Source: Vicugna vicugna (taxonomy: Eukaryota). Taken from it: 64,000 nucleotides of DNA. The stretch spans positions 186,001 through 250,000 of the forward strand of contig MU057733.1 of NCBI GenBank assembly GCA_013265495.1, written 5' to 3'. Made by a program: the position numbers and the translations under genes. This document shows positions 40,610-54,063 of this stretch, one piece after another (position 1 is the stretch's first letter; every line of letters begins with the position of its first letter). The notes beneath the pieces are model-generated. The model worked only from the letters and a program-made list of their open reading frames with translations, was not told the DNA's origin and searched no databases.

Positions 40610-43600
40610 GCACTTCTCTCACACAGAGGCTTTTTTTAATGACAGTTTCTCTGTAATTCTCAGGTGGATGTGGGGAAAGTAGGTGGAATAGTATCTAGGT
40701 TATTTTATTTGACAAGTGGTCGAGCATCTATGGTGGTGGAAATGGAGACCATGTGGGTCATCCCTGACATTTGACTGACCTCTCCACAGGTATGCTTGAG
40801 GCTGAGAAACTCACACCCTTCTAATTAGTCCATATCATTTTTAGCCCACTGTATCTATATCAAGTAAAATTCTGATTTCTGTGTAGCTTCCAAGAAATTC
40901 ATCTGTATTTTCTATCTGTGCTTAGTTTCACCTCAAAGGACAGAGATGCTACTGAACACATAGGTTGAAATGTGCAGTTTTAAAACAGGACTCAAATTTC
41001 TTGCCACTTTATGTATAAAACTATTCAGTATTTAGTATTCTTAAGGACAACATCTTTAGTTTTCAATATTTTGTTGCCTGTAAAGTTTGTAAGCAGCATG
41101 AAGAAATGAAAAAGAATTTCAAACAACATATTTGGATTCTGCTACTTTCCAGGTGTGAAGTCTGGTGAGTTATTATATCTTTCAAAGATTCAGCTGCCTG
41201 AGTAAGAAAATGGTTCTAGTAGTGCACTTTTCATTCATATAACACAGACTCATACGCCTTTTTACCATGTATTATATTTATGTTTCATGGAACAATAAGT
41301 AATTCATTTTTATTTCTCTTAGAGCATCCAGATCCAGACTGGTCTATATTAGGCATTCTTACTTGTTGAATAAATGAATGAATTTCATACAGATTAGAGT
41401 GGTATCACTTGTCAACAAAGAATATGAATGTATTTATCCATCCTCTTCAATTTCTATTTTTGATATATTTAAAAATGTATCTGGTACCAACCAGTATTGA
41501 CAAATTGAATCTTTACCAGAAATAATTATTAAAATAGAACTTCACAGTAGGAAATGAGCCATTGCAATAATTATTCATAATAACAAGAAACAACTCTTTC
41601 TGAAAATGTTTACTTTTCAAAAATCTAAAGGTTAAGGAAAAACAAAGGACTTTTTTTTTTTTAGTTTTCCATTTTACTTTCTGAGTTGCTGTACCTTTGA
41701 ATTTTGAAATGCAGATTACTACATTTGTGATAAAAAAACAAATTACAACAAAGTTCCCCAGAGATTCCATGTATTCAGAAGAAGCTTCCTAAAATGCAGT
41801 ACAGTTTAAGGATTGAAGTTCTTTAAAAATATACAGAAGAAGATCTAGTTTTTAGACTAAGTAGATCTGTGGGTAGTATCTTTGTAGAAATATCTCATTT
41901 TCTGTAAGTTTGGATATGATGGCCCTTTGGGTCCTTGTGCATAATGATCTCAGGGACTCTCTGATTTAGTGTAAAACTAAAGTGACTGCAAAAACATCTT
42001 GGGGGAAGGAATGAATCACTTATTAGACCATAAAGAAGTCTCTAAGTTTTTAAATCAGCTCCCAGCCATGCTTAATTTTATCTGGTGAGCCAGATAACTA
42101 AAAAGGGGGCTACTCTGGGCAGGGTCTTGAGTAAGACACGAAACAAATCACAACGTACAAACACAGTCAACTACCAGGACTATAGAAAGTGAATATTTTG
42201 TAAACTTGGTTCTTGCTAATGTCTCTGTATTTTCTTTATTTTCTGTCATACTGTTATTTAATGTTTAGAAAATTCTCTTCAAATACCAGCATGTTTTAGA
42301 CATGCTGTGAGGAAGCACAGGGAATAAGATTCTGCCCATGTTTTGAAGGGAGTAATCATAACCCTGGAGACAAGGAATGGTTTCGAGGACAAATAGAGTG
42401 AAAAAATCCTGAAGTAAAGGTGAAATTAATGGGGTAAGGATACAGAGTCCTTGTGGAGCCATTTGTCACCAGCAGAAGCTTCTCTTTCCCTAAGCCCTTC
42501 TTAAGAAAACTTTGAATGAATCCATGTAATAATTTATTTAGGAAAGCTGTTTCGATTATATTGACCTATTGGGTTACTGTCAAGTCCTCTTGGATAGTCA
42601 AAGAAATCTCATTTGGAATTACTTATGAAGGGAAGATCTGAGTCAAATGTCCCTTTTGGCCTTATATTTCAACATGGTAAGCCTTGGTTGCCATTCATTC
42701 ATTCATTTATTAGAAAATATTCAATTCTCATTCTATTGTAGTCTTTATATTAAGTACAAAGATACCCAAAATGGCACTTTCTAGGACTCTCCAAGCCCTG
42801 ACTCCTAATCTCACTTCCTATTATATCTATCATGGATTTCATGTTTTATTATTTTGGTCTCTTATTTGCCAATATCCTCAACTTGTGTTTGTCATTGTCT
42901 TCCTGAGTTTGTATCCTCACAAAACCACAAACTTGTATTTCTGACAACTGCAACAGAGATTTGCTGGAGAAAAATAATCTACCTCTGCTGATTGGTGCTG
43001 CTAAAACTTTCAAGTCCTCAGTTCCCATGGAGCAGTCAGCATTTTCGTTTCCTAAGTTGAGTCTTTCTCATTCTCGCTATGACTATGTCACACCACTTCC
43101 ATTCTCCTTACATCTTTAGTTTTCCCTGTCCTTACTGTCTGAGCATCTCGAGAATGGATAAGAAATATCAGGGACTTAAAACTAACTAGTTTTAAGTTCA
43201 GACGCTGTCACTTTTTAGGTGCAATTAATCTTATTGAGATTATGTCATTTGAAAAGCATTCATTAAATGTTAACAATTCCCTTCTTTTTCTCCCTAATTC
43301 TCCTTTTTCTCCATATTTTTCTTCTGTTTTTAACCTTTTATTCTCTCCTATTCCTCTTGTAGAAGGAGATATATTAAAGTTAATTCCTTCATTTCAGCTC
43401 TTGTTCCCACCTGTTTTTGCCCTTTCAGGGATCTTGCTTTATCCTTTTCCTACCCTTTTCACGTCCTCTTCTTTATTGACTCCTTTCATTAAGCATTTAA
43501 ATATTTGTAACTCTTTTCTTTCTAAAAGCAACGTACACTTTTCTTGAACATATGCACTTTTCCCTTGGCCCAACTCTCTGTCTTGCTCTCTTTATACTTT

Positions 43601-44919
43601 TGAGTTGTATTTCCCAACTGTCACCACTTGGTAGCAGGGGACACATTTCTGGCATGCTCACTAATTGTGTGCGGACACTGAACTAAACACCTCTGGTTCC
43701 TCCTCAATTTACTGCAGTCTGGTTGCTGTTCACATTCTTCCACTGAAATTGCTCTTATCAAGGAGTCTAGTGACCTGGTTACTTGGTTGCAAAACAAATG
43801 GACAAGTTTTAATCCTAACCTTATTTATCATTTCAGTAGCATGGCCTCTTGGTTGCTCCCTTCTTTTAATACAGTTTTTATCTTTTGAGGTCAATGTAAC
43901 CATCTTGTCCCAGCTTTTCCCTTATTGTCATTTGTTCTCTGACTTCTCTCTGGGATTCAATTTCTACATTTAATCATTAAATATTATTATTCTCTATTTT
44001 ATCTTAGTCCTCTTATTTTTTCAATCTCTGCTCTTTTTTGGGATGATTCCAGCCATCGTCAGGGCTTTTGTTTGTTTGTTTTCTTTGTATCTTTTAGGTT
44101 ATGACCCATATGGCTAATGTTTGCTGTGTACCTCCGATGACACAGTTATCTCAGATTCCATGTACCTCTCTCAGTTCTCCTCCTCATTTGGGTTTCCTGG
44201 TCAGAAACCTGACTGTTATCTTTGACCCTTCTGTCCCCTTTACTTCCTATATCAAATCAATCACCAATCTGCCAAATCTACCTCCTGACTCTATCTGTAG
44301 TATACTCACTTCCCTCCCATCTCCACAGCCATTATCCTAGCTCAGATCACTGTAATTTCTACCCTAAATTGCCCAGGTAGATATTGGGGGTCTAAGTTGT
44401 TCCTTGGTTTATGGCTGCAGGGGTTATTAATTCCACAAGAGGCACCTAAGTATAACCATATCACTTAAGGAATCTTGATACTTGGACTAAACTAATCACT
44501 GCCTTTCAGTTTGGAGATAAAAAGTATGTAGATGAGAGACATCTACTTTAATTATATTGAAAATTATTTTACAGAACACTGAGTTTTCTAAGAAGAAACT
44601 CAAAGTGAGAGATTCCATTTGCAATCTTTTGCCACTTAGATTACCAGAGTCATTTCCAGCTGTACTCTGCATTCAGTGTTACCATTCTCCTACCCACCCT
44701 ACAGACCACTGCCCATCACTTCTCAAAATCACAACTTTGCTCTTGTTTTTTTCTGCTTAGGATACTTCCACAATTTCCCATCGCCTTCAGGAAAAATTCA
44801 AGTCAGTATTCTTTGAAGCCTTGTGTAATCCAGCCTTAACCAACCTCTCCGGGCTCTGTAGCTGGTCACTTTCACACATAATCTTATCACTCTATACAAA
44901 GCTAGTTATTTTTTCTTTT

Positions 44920-45455
44920 TTAAAAAATTTTTAAATAGGCTTTATTTTTCTTTAGAGCAGTTTCAGATTTATAGCAGAATTGAGCAGAAAATACAGAGTT
45001 CCCACATAGCCCTCCCTACCCACACATATATACTCCCCTACCCTCAACATCCGTCATCAGTGTGACATATTTGGTACAATTGATGAACCAACATGGGCAC
45101 ATTATTATCAACCAAATTCTGTAGTTTACATTAGGTTTCAGTGTTAATGTTGTACATTCTGTGGGCTTTGACAAATGCATGATGACGTGTAGCCACCAGT
45201 ATAGTATCATACAGAGTAATTTTATTGTCCTAAAAATCCCCTTGTGGTCCATCTATTCATCCCTCCCTCCCTCCGTCTCCCCAAACCCCTGGAAACAGGA
45301 TCTTTTTATTGTTTCTGTAGCTGTGCCTTTTCCAGAGTGGCATTTGGTTAAAATTGTACAGCTTGTAGCCTTTTCAGACTGTCTTCTTTCATTTAGTAAT
45401 ATGTCTTTTAAGTTTCTTTCATGTCTTTCATGGCTTGATAGCTCATTTTTTTTTC
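44920..45455 (-). mobile_element. Old L1 (L1MC/MD-type) 3'UTR
   Basis: TTTAGAGCAGTTTCAGATTTATAGCAGAATTGAGCAGAAAATACAGAGTTCCC...GGCTTTGACAAATGCATGATGAC. Confidence 0.8.
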
Positions 45456-48400
45456 ACTGCACAAATATTTTTTAATTTACATGTATGTACTGTTCATTGT
45501 TTCTAAGAATGTCTAGAGCTTTAGCTTTTTAAACTTACATAGTTATCAAAGGAATAAAGCCAACCACAAAATTAGAATTAATTCAAAAAGACACATGCAC
45601 AGTGCTATTAACAGCAACATTGCCAAGATATGGAAGCATCCTAAGTGCACGTCAATAGTTGAATAGATAATGAAGATGAAACATACATGTATGTAATGGA
45701 CTACAACTCACCCACAAGAAAGGCTACTTTGCCATTTGCGGCCCTTCATTCTTTTTTTTTTTTTTTTTAGCTTCAAAAACCAGAATATGTACAAAACTAG
45801 TTCTATCATTCCTCTTGCCCACATTTTTTCCATCTTGCCTAGGCTCTTATTAATTATCTAGCCTATCTTAGGGAGATAGCTATCTACTCTTCTGGTCACA
45901 GCTCAAAATTCACCCCCTGGATGATTTGCTGTAGCCATCCCATTCAAAGATGATCAATTTTCTGAAATCCCTAGTCAAAGTAGATCCCTTATTAAACTTT
46001 GTAGCCTGTTCAAATAACTCATTGTCTCCTTCATCACAATTAGTTAACTGTTTAGTTGCCTCATCTAGTGAATCACCGAACGGAATTTTCACAATGTTTA
46101 CTTAACTCTTCCTACTTTATGCTGCTTTCAGTTTTTCAGTTACAACAAAGGTGGCCCTGAACATGCATATAACTTTACATATATTGGATTATTTTCTTAG
46201 ACCAAGTTGCTAGAAGCAGGAATATTGGTTAACAGGTGTGGATATTAGATTAGCTGATGTAAGTCTGTGATGTGGTCTGTGAATTATCTTTTCTGCAAAT
46301 ACTTTGAATACATTTTCTTCCCTTTTTCTTTAAAGAATGCACTTTAAGGAAACAAATTCTTTTCTCTTTGACGTATTCTTTTAAATTGGATAGTCACTGA
46401 CCCTTTTTTACATGACTTCTAACAGGAGTTAAAACTCGGTAAGTTTTACCGAATAAGTTTTATGATGTGCTTTTTTGTGTGCCTTCCCTCATTGACAAAA
46501 TCAGAGCATGTGGTAGATACATTAATGATTTTACTCCAGACTATGACCAGTTTACAGGAGTTAACACAAAACTTTTTAAAGTATAGACGTTAAAAAGGTA
46601 ACTATTAGAGAAAATTAAAAGTAAAATAATAGAATCAGTGATATTTAGAATACTGGGTACTTTGTTGGAAAGAAACTTACTAGGTCAAATTCAGTCTAAA
46701 TTTAATGCTTGGCACAATCATTCAGGTTAAACTCTTTAGTTAATTTGATGAGCTGCTGATTGAAAAGCAAAGTGACAAATTTATATTAAGCCATGTAAAC
46801 AACTTTCAAAAAGAAATGCTGTGATAAGAAAAATAAGAATTATGAAAATAACTGGTAATATAAAACATTCTTTAAGACCATACATGAGTATGAGCTGAAG
46901 CCAGCTTATAGAATGATGGTAGAAACATTTCTGAAGTGGGAAAATCTTTGCTGGTGGAAATGTCAAAAGAAATCAGAATCAATCTGTCGCAGTAGAATTT
47001 TGAGACTGTCTAAATTCAGCATGAATTAGATTTGCACATTTATACATATCTGTGCTTACAGTCATGGTTTTTCCAACCTGGTTTATTCACCTCTTTCTGT
47101 CTTCAGTTAAGGTGTCTCTTCTGTTTAAGCTTGGCCTAGCTTCCCTGGCTATCTGAAGATTCTATTTATAAGAGAATCTGTCTGTTTAACAGCAGTACTG
47201 TGGAGTACAAGCACCAGTGTGCGGGTCACACAACTCCCTCTGAGAACCCTCAGATGAGCTGACCTACCCTCACCTCTGTGAGAGGGTCCCCTGGTTTACT
47301 ATGTTCAAAGTCTAGAGATGCTTAGATAAGGGAGAGATTGGAGTCTGAGTGAACGAAAATCACTTCCCATGAATTAAGGGCTCATAAGTTCATCTAGAAC
47401 AAGGCATCTGCCCAGCAGAGACGCCCCTTCCCACCCAATAATGCATGGTGCCTGCTGAAGACAATGATGACTAACATGTAGTTAGTACTTACCACCCAGC
47501 ACAGCTTGTCCAATGTGATGGCGCTACCAGATCTGTCAGCTGCAACTGTAATTCCAACTACTTGATAAATATTTCTAAACTGGTTGCTGAACGGCTGCTG
47601 ACAGAAGTCCTTTGAATGTTCCCAAACCTCTGAACTTCTCTAGCTGTCCTACTGTTTTTGGGGGGCCCTTAGACTTCTCCATAACCCATCAACTAAAGAG
47701 TTAACACCTAGACCTACAGGGACCCTCAAGAACACTGCCCTGGCTTCCCAGCACCCAAACAATGATTCCAGGGCATTCTGACCGACAGCATTCATTAAGG
47801 ATGCGTTAAGCACCTGTGCTCTGGAGCCAAATCCTAGATGTGAGATTTGGGGCTAGTCTTTCTTTGACTCAGTTTCACTCATCTCTAAAATGGAGATGAT
47901 AATGGATAAACAGGTTGTTTTGAGACTAGATGCAGAGCATTTAGAAGAGATCTGATACGTAGTAGGTAAAATAAAAGCATCTGTTATTTTTAGTATCTGT
48001 ACTAACAGTCAAATATTTTGATCATCGCGTCTCCGAACCTTATTAGATACCATTCCTGGGGAAAAGGTGGGTGGTCACTGCTACCACCGTTGCGCCCAGG
48101 GGCCTTCTAGCCCTGCTGCTTATTCTGAACAGCATTCCAGTCTTTTTGAGATCTGGCTATATGGGAGTTGAGACATTTTCTTTTCTTCCTTATTACCTAC
48201 TTTATATTTTAGATTGATTGTCAACATTTAAAAATCATAACATTTCAAATAAAAATCCAGATTTCTGGCATTCCTTGGAAGTGTGGAAAACTGGCATCAC
48301 GGGGGCCACATTTTGTTACGGCAGTGATTGGCTAGAGTCACATGCTGGCCCCTTCCTGGGAAGGGTGTCAGCTCTGGTGTTCACCAACCAGCCCACTGTG

Positions 48401-50441
48401 TCTCTTTGTTACCTGCTTAGTATTTGAGTTTGCTGTCCCTGAACTAGGGTAACCTAACTATATCTCTTTCTTTACAACATGGAAGCCTTCAACTTCCATA
48501 GCAATATTTTATTGCCTGTACTGGATTGTAAGATTCTTTTGTTTATGTCTTTGACTTTGCCCTACCCAGAGTCCTCATTGTTTGGACTGATGCGGTTTAA
48601 GCTGATGGTGACTTAAGATGGTTTTAACCCTTACTCAGGAAAGAGTTATTTTTGAAACCCTATATAGTTGTAAAATAATATGTAATTGAGGAAGTTGAGT
48701 GAACAAGTTTTTATGAGTCACACAGATTATATTATAAAATTGAAGTGGCATTTCATCTAGTTCAACTGTCTGCTGTGATGATGTGGGAAGCTCCCCAAAT
48801 AATTCCTATGCTTTCTTGAACAAATCATTTAACCCCAGTGAACCTGTTTCTGGCCTGGCAAAATGTAGGTAATAATAAATGTTCCCTGGATATTGTGAGT
48901 ATTAACTGAGATATTAAACATTGCTTGGTTTTAAAAATACTTTTCAAATGTTAATATACTGGTGGGGTAGGACTTGCATTTGTAGCAGTGCTTACAGATA
49001 AAAATATCAAGACCCAAGTGACTTGCTACTTAGTGGAAAAGTCGGAATTAGACCTCAAATCACATGAATCTTGGCTAGAAGATTTCTTTTTTTAATGAAA
49101 CATCATTCACGTTGTAACTAAACATACTTGAGAGATTAAGGAGCATAAAAATACTCTACTGGACGTGGGATAAACTGGGGGTCCACTGAATTTGTTTTGG
49201 CTATTAGAGCTCTATCTACACTCTGATCGCCTTAGTATATAAAGAAAAGCAAAAGACTAAACTAAATATATTCTTCACTTGAGAAAAAAATTTGAGCATC
49301 TATTTTGGAGTCAGAGGCACATGCTATGACTTAGTTCTAGGGTTTTTATTGGTGAAATTCTCAGGTTAGGAATTAGGTAAATTGCTTTTGTTTATCTTAA
49401 TAAGCTTTCCCTTTTGGTCTGGTTTACATGGAAGCAGGTGGATTTTACTAAAATAAACTTTCTCTGGGCTTGAGTCTCTGGCGTTCAGGAATCAGAAGGC
49501 CTGCCTGGACTCTCTTCTTTCCATTCACTTCTGTGGCCTTGGGCAAATTACTCTGGGTCTCACTTTTCTTATTTGCAGAATGAAGAGTCTAATACCTTGA
49601 GGGTTATGCTAAGGCAATGTCCCTGACAACAGTATTCAGTTTTAACATTGTCATTTAGTTGCAGTGAGAATTTGAACCCAGAAGAAATCTTGAATTTGTC
49701 TCATTTTATCTGTCTTCAATCTGTAATGACTTGAACTAATACAAAAATCACTCTGCTCAGTCTCCTTTGATATTTATGTAACTGGCCAAGTATTTCATCT
49801 TCTAAACAAGACTTCTTAAATATTACCAGAGACATGAATATATTAAAAACATTTACCAAAATTATAATTACACAATATACATTTCTGGCAGTGCAGTTTT
49901 AGAAATGGTGAATATATACAAGGCTAGTATATCACGGTCAGAATCCTATCCAAAGTGCATTGGGAAAATTTACACATATATTTGAATTAAATTATAAACA
50001 ACTAGAAAAAATAAATGATTATATTTTGCAATAAATAGCATATGATCCAAATATAGGATTATCTGTAAGAGACCACAATTTTCTAAGAAGTGAAACTTTA
50101 AAATCACACAAAGTCTTTATCCCATAAAACATATCTTTTTAAAATCATGGTAGCAACAGTAACAATGTATTATAATTACATATAAACATAAGAAAGTTAA
50201 ATTCATTTTTACTCTTTTAGCCCTCAGAAATTGAATTAAGTTGACAAATGGGTAAAGCTGTTTGCCAGCAACCACTCTGGACATGTATTTATAACTTGCC
50301 TCCAGATTGGAAACTTTCAGAAATTGCTTTTCAGAAGGAAAATAGCTCAAAAAAAATTTTAGAATATAGGTTTTTACCCTGATCTTCTCCTTTCAAATCA
50401 CTATTAGGAGTTTGCAAAAAAAAAAAAATTAAAAATACCCA

Positions 50442-50916
50442 TATTAGCCTAACTCCCTCCAGGTCCATCCAAATTGTTACAAATGGCAAAACTTTATTCT
50501 GTTTCATGGTTGAATAATATTCCATTGTATAAATACATATGCTGTTTTATCCTTAGTGAAATAAATTGAGACATAAAAAAGCAAACACTATATGTTTTCA
50601 CTTATATATGGAATCTAAAAAATAAAACAAATGAACAAATGTAACAAAACAAACAGACTCACAGATAAAGAGAACAAACTACCAAAGGGGAGAGATGTTA
50701 GGGTGTGGTGGGTGAAATAGGAGTAGAAGATAAAGAGGTACAAACTACTAAACATGAAGTAAGTAAGATACAAGGATGTAATGTACAGCACAAGGAACAT
50801 AGTCAATATTTTATAATAACTTTGTATGAAGTGTAATGTATAAAATTATTGAATTGCTGTGTTGTATACCAAAAATGAATATAATTTTGTAAGTCAATTA
50901 TACCTCATTAAAAAAA
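50442..50916 (+). mobile_element. 5'-inverted (twin-primed) L1 3' end
   Basis: ~50442-50540 is antisense (MEYYS...WMDLEG on the minus strand). ~50553-50916 is sense and resumes at the adjacent L1 position. Confidence 0.75.
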
Positions 50917-51936
50917 TCAGAAAATTTGATTTGTTAGAAGTAATGACACCTAAATACAACTTAAAGCAACAGAATCTGTAGTCAATACATTAAAAGGTGT
51001 ATAAAGTATCAAGCCATTTGTATAAAATTAATTGATCCTGATAAACATTAATTTGGTGAATTAAAACTAAAAGTGGATAAACAGGAAAAAATTAGTGTCA
51101 GCTTTTTATTTTTTGAAAAGCTATTATTTTTTTCAGTTGTGTCCCAGGACTGCAGTGCTGATTCTGTCCACTGCTGGAATAGAGACAGACATCAGAGCTC
51201 TCCACCCTCAGCCCAGGCCTCACTGTCCAGCTCCACGTGGGGAGTAGCCCTTGACAAGTCTGTCAAGAGATCCTGTCAAAGATTATAACTAGAGTGATGA
51301 AGTTAGGTTATTTTGTTTTAAAATGTTTTTCTTTCTTTAGGTTTTCCCAAGCTATAAAATAGCTTGAGCATAACATTGTTTTATATATATTTAAAAAAAC
51401 TGTCACAGAATAGCATTTTAGGAATGCAAATTCTTTTTTGAAGTAAATATTTATTCAGTTAGGATAAGGTTAAAGAAAAAGAGAGAAGAGAATCTAATTC
51501 CTCAGATACTGCCTCTGGTCAAAAACATTAGATATTTTAAAGTTGCTTTCTAAAAAAGAAATTTTAAAAAGGACTCTTTAAGATAAAATGGGTTTGGTGA
51601 AATTATTTAAGAATAAACAATATAAAATTCTTACTCTCAGAGTAACAAAAAATAAAGCTAGAAATCTTGACTACTTGGGCAAGATCTTAATTTATTTTGT
51701 GATATTTTCTGTACCATATATAAAAGGAAATACAGGAAACCCATCCTGTCAGTAAAATGTTGAGCTTCTTAATTTTGAATTATTCAAGTGGATTTGGGAA
51801 TGACAAAATTTACCTTGTTTTAAAAGTCTCCTATGTCATTTTAAAATTTAGCTATCCAATCATCATTCTTTCTTGACATCCAAATTTAGTTGTATGCATG
51901 CTCTGTTATTTGACATTTATTTATTAATTATTACAG

Positions 51937-52066
51937 GACACAAGAGATGAAAGTAATGAGACTAAAGCCAGCAAGATGAGTAAATTAAAAAGGACAAGAA
52001 AGAAAGTCACAAAACTACATGCTTTTTCAACTGAAATAGGAGAAATGGACACATCTGACTCAAAAG
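51937..52066 (+). CDS. LGSN: Lengsin coding exon 2 ([43 protein letters not shown]+G)
   Basis: TTACAG| acceptor and AAG|GTATCT donor, 130 nt, phase 0 to 1. Translation matches lengsin TRDE.NET...RTRKKVTK....STE.GE.D. Confidence 0.93.
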
Positions 52067-52421
52067 GTATCTTGATTCCTCAAGAATGTGTGGTCAATGA
52101 CAGTCTCTATTTGGTTTTCCTTTTCATAAAATATTTTTCTATTCTTCTATGAGAGAAACAAAAATGAAATAAAATATACCGCTACATGGGTAACATAAAT
52201 GATGGTAAACATAGGGTTAGGATATAAATATATAAAAATAATCAAAATATTTAAAATTTATAAGGGGGAATAGGATACTAGAGTAATAGTAGTGGGGAAA
52301 CAAGATTTCACAGTAGAAAGAGTATGTGAGTAAGAAGAGAAGCATATTTCTGCTCTGAGAATGAGTACAAAAGTCATTACTGACGGAGGCCACAATAAAG
52401 GTGTGGATCGAACTTACATAG

Positions 52422-53843
52422 ATTCATTTGTATTATTTTTCAAATTCCATGTATAAGTGATATCATATGATATTTGTCTTTCTTTGTCTGACCTGCTTCA
52501 CTCAGTATGATAATTTCTAGGTCTATCCTTGTTGCTGCAACAGCAATGTTTCATTTATTATGGCTGAATTATATTCTATTGTACATATATGCCACAGCTT
52601 CTTAAAGCAATCATCTACTGATGGACATTTGGGTGGTTTCCATTACTTGGCTCTTGTAAATAGTGCTTCTGTGAACACTGGGGTGCATGTATCTTTTCAA
52701 ATTAGAGTTTTTGTTTTTCCTGGATTTATGCCCAGGAGTGGGATTGCTGAGTTATATGGTAAGTCTATTTTTAGTTTCTTAAGGAACATCCATACTGTTT
52801 TCCATAGTGGCTGCACCGATTTACATTCCCACCAACAGTGAGGAGGGTTCACTTTTTCCCACATCTTCACCAGCATTTATTATTTATAGACTTTTGATGA
52901 TAGCCATTCTGACCGGTGTGAGGTTGAATACTTCCTTGTGGTTTTGATTTGCATTTCCCTAATACCTAGTGATGTTGAGCATCTATTCATGTACCTGTTG
53001 GCCATATGTATGTCTTCTCTGGAGAAAGTCTACTTCATTTTGTTAAAATGGCCATACTGCCCAAAGCAATCTACAGATTTAATGCAATCTCTATCAAATT
53101 ACTCATGAAGTTTTCCACAGATCTAGAACAAATAATGCTAAAATTTATAAGGAAATACAAAACACCCAGAATTGCCAAAGCAATCCTGAGGGGAAAAAGA
53201 ACAAAGCAGGAGGCATAACTCGTCTAGATTTCAGACTATATTACAAAGCTACAGTAATCAAAATAGCATGGTATTGGCACAAAAAATATAGATAAATGGA
53301 ACAAAATAGAGAGCCCAGAAATAAACCCAGACCCCTGTAGTGAATTAGTCTTTGACAAAGGGGGCAAGAATATACAATAGAGAAAAGAGTCTCTTCAGCC
53401 AGTGGTGTTGGGAACCTCACCCAAGAGGTGTTACAGTCTCATGTAAATCAGTGAAATTTGAACACTCCCTCACACCACATACAAAAATAAACTCAAAATA
53501 GTTTAAAGACCTAAATATAAGACACGATACCGTAAAACTCCGTAGAGAACATTGGCAAAACATTTCGGTGCATAAATTATAGAAATATTTTCTTAGATCG
53601 GTCACTCAAGATAAAAGAAATAAAAGCAAAAATAAACAAAAGGTACCTAATCAAACTTAAAAGCTTTTGCACAACAAAGGAAATCATCAATAAAATGAAA
53701 AGACATCTTACAGATGGGGAGAAAATATTTGCAGACAATGTGACCAATAAATGGTTAATTTGCAAAACAGACAAACACCTCATGCAACTCAATATCAAAA
53801 AGTAAATAAACAACCTAATCAAAAGATGGGCAGAAGATCTTAA
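52422..53843 (-). mobile_element. 5'-inverted (twin-primed) L1 filling most of LGSN intron 2
   Basis: 52422-53032 is antisense and 53035-53843 is sense; both arms end at the same L1 position (GCAGAAGATCT.AA / TAGAC.TTTCTCC). Confidence 0.85.
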
Positions 53844-53865
53844 CATTTTTTCTTTATTTCTACAG

Positions 53866-54063
53866 GAAAGATCAGAAACCAAATGGTGTGCCACAAATTG
53901 GGGGATACTAGTAAACTAGTCATGGAACCTGGCTCTGCTGAATCTCTTTTGCCACAAGATGACAAGGACTCCAAAGATCCCACAATACTGATAAAACCAT
54001 TGCCCCTCGCAACATCAGCCAGTGCTCCTGATGGTGAATTTCACTCAAACTCCAGCTCTCCTG
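53866..54063 (+). CDS. LGSN: Lengsin coding exon 3, symmetric 198-nt exon (GKIRNQMVCHKLGDTSKLVMEPGSAESLLPQDDKDSKDPTILIKPLPLATSASAPDGEFHSNSSSP)
   Basis: Pyrimidine tract plus CTACAG| acceptor and CTG|GTAAGG donor, phase 1 to 1, in frame with exons 2 and 4. RNQ, PGSAES and APD.EF motifs match the segment I recall in mouse lengsin. Overlaps ORF 53883-54089. Confidence 0.85.
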
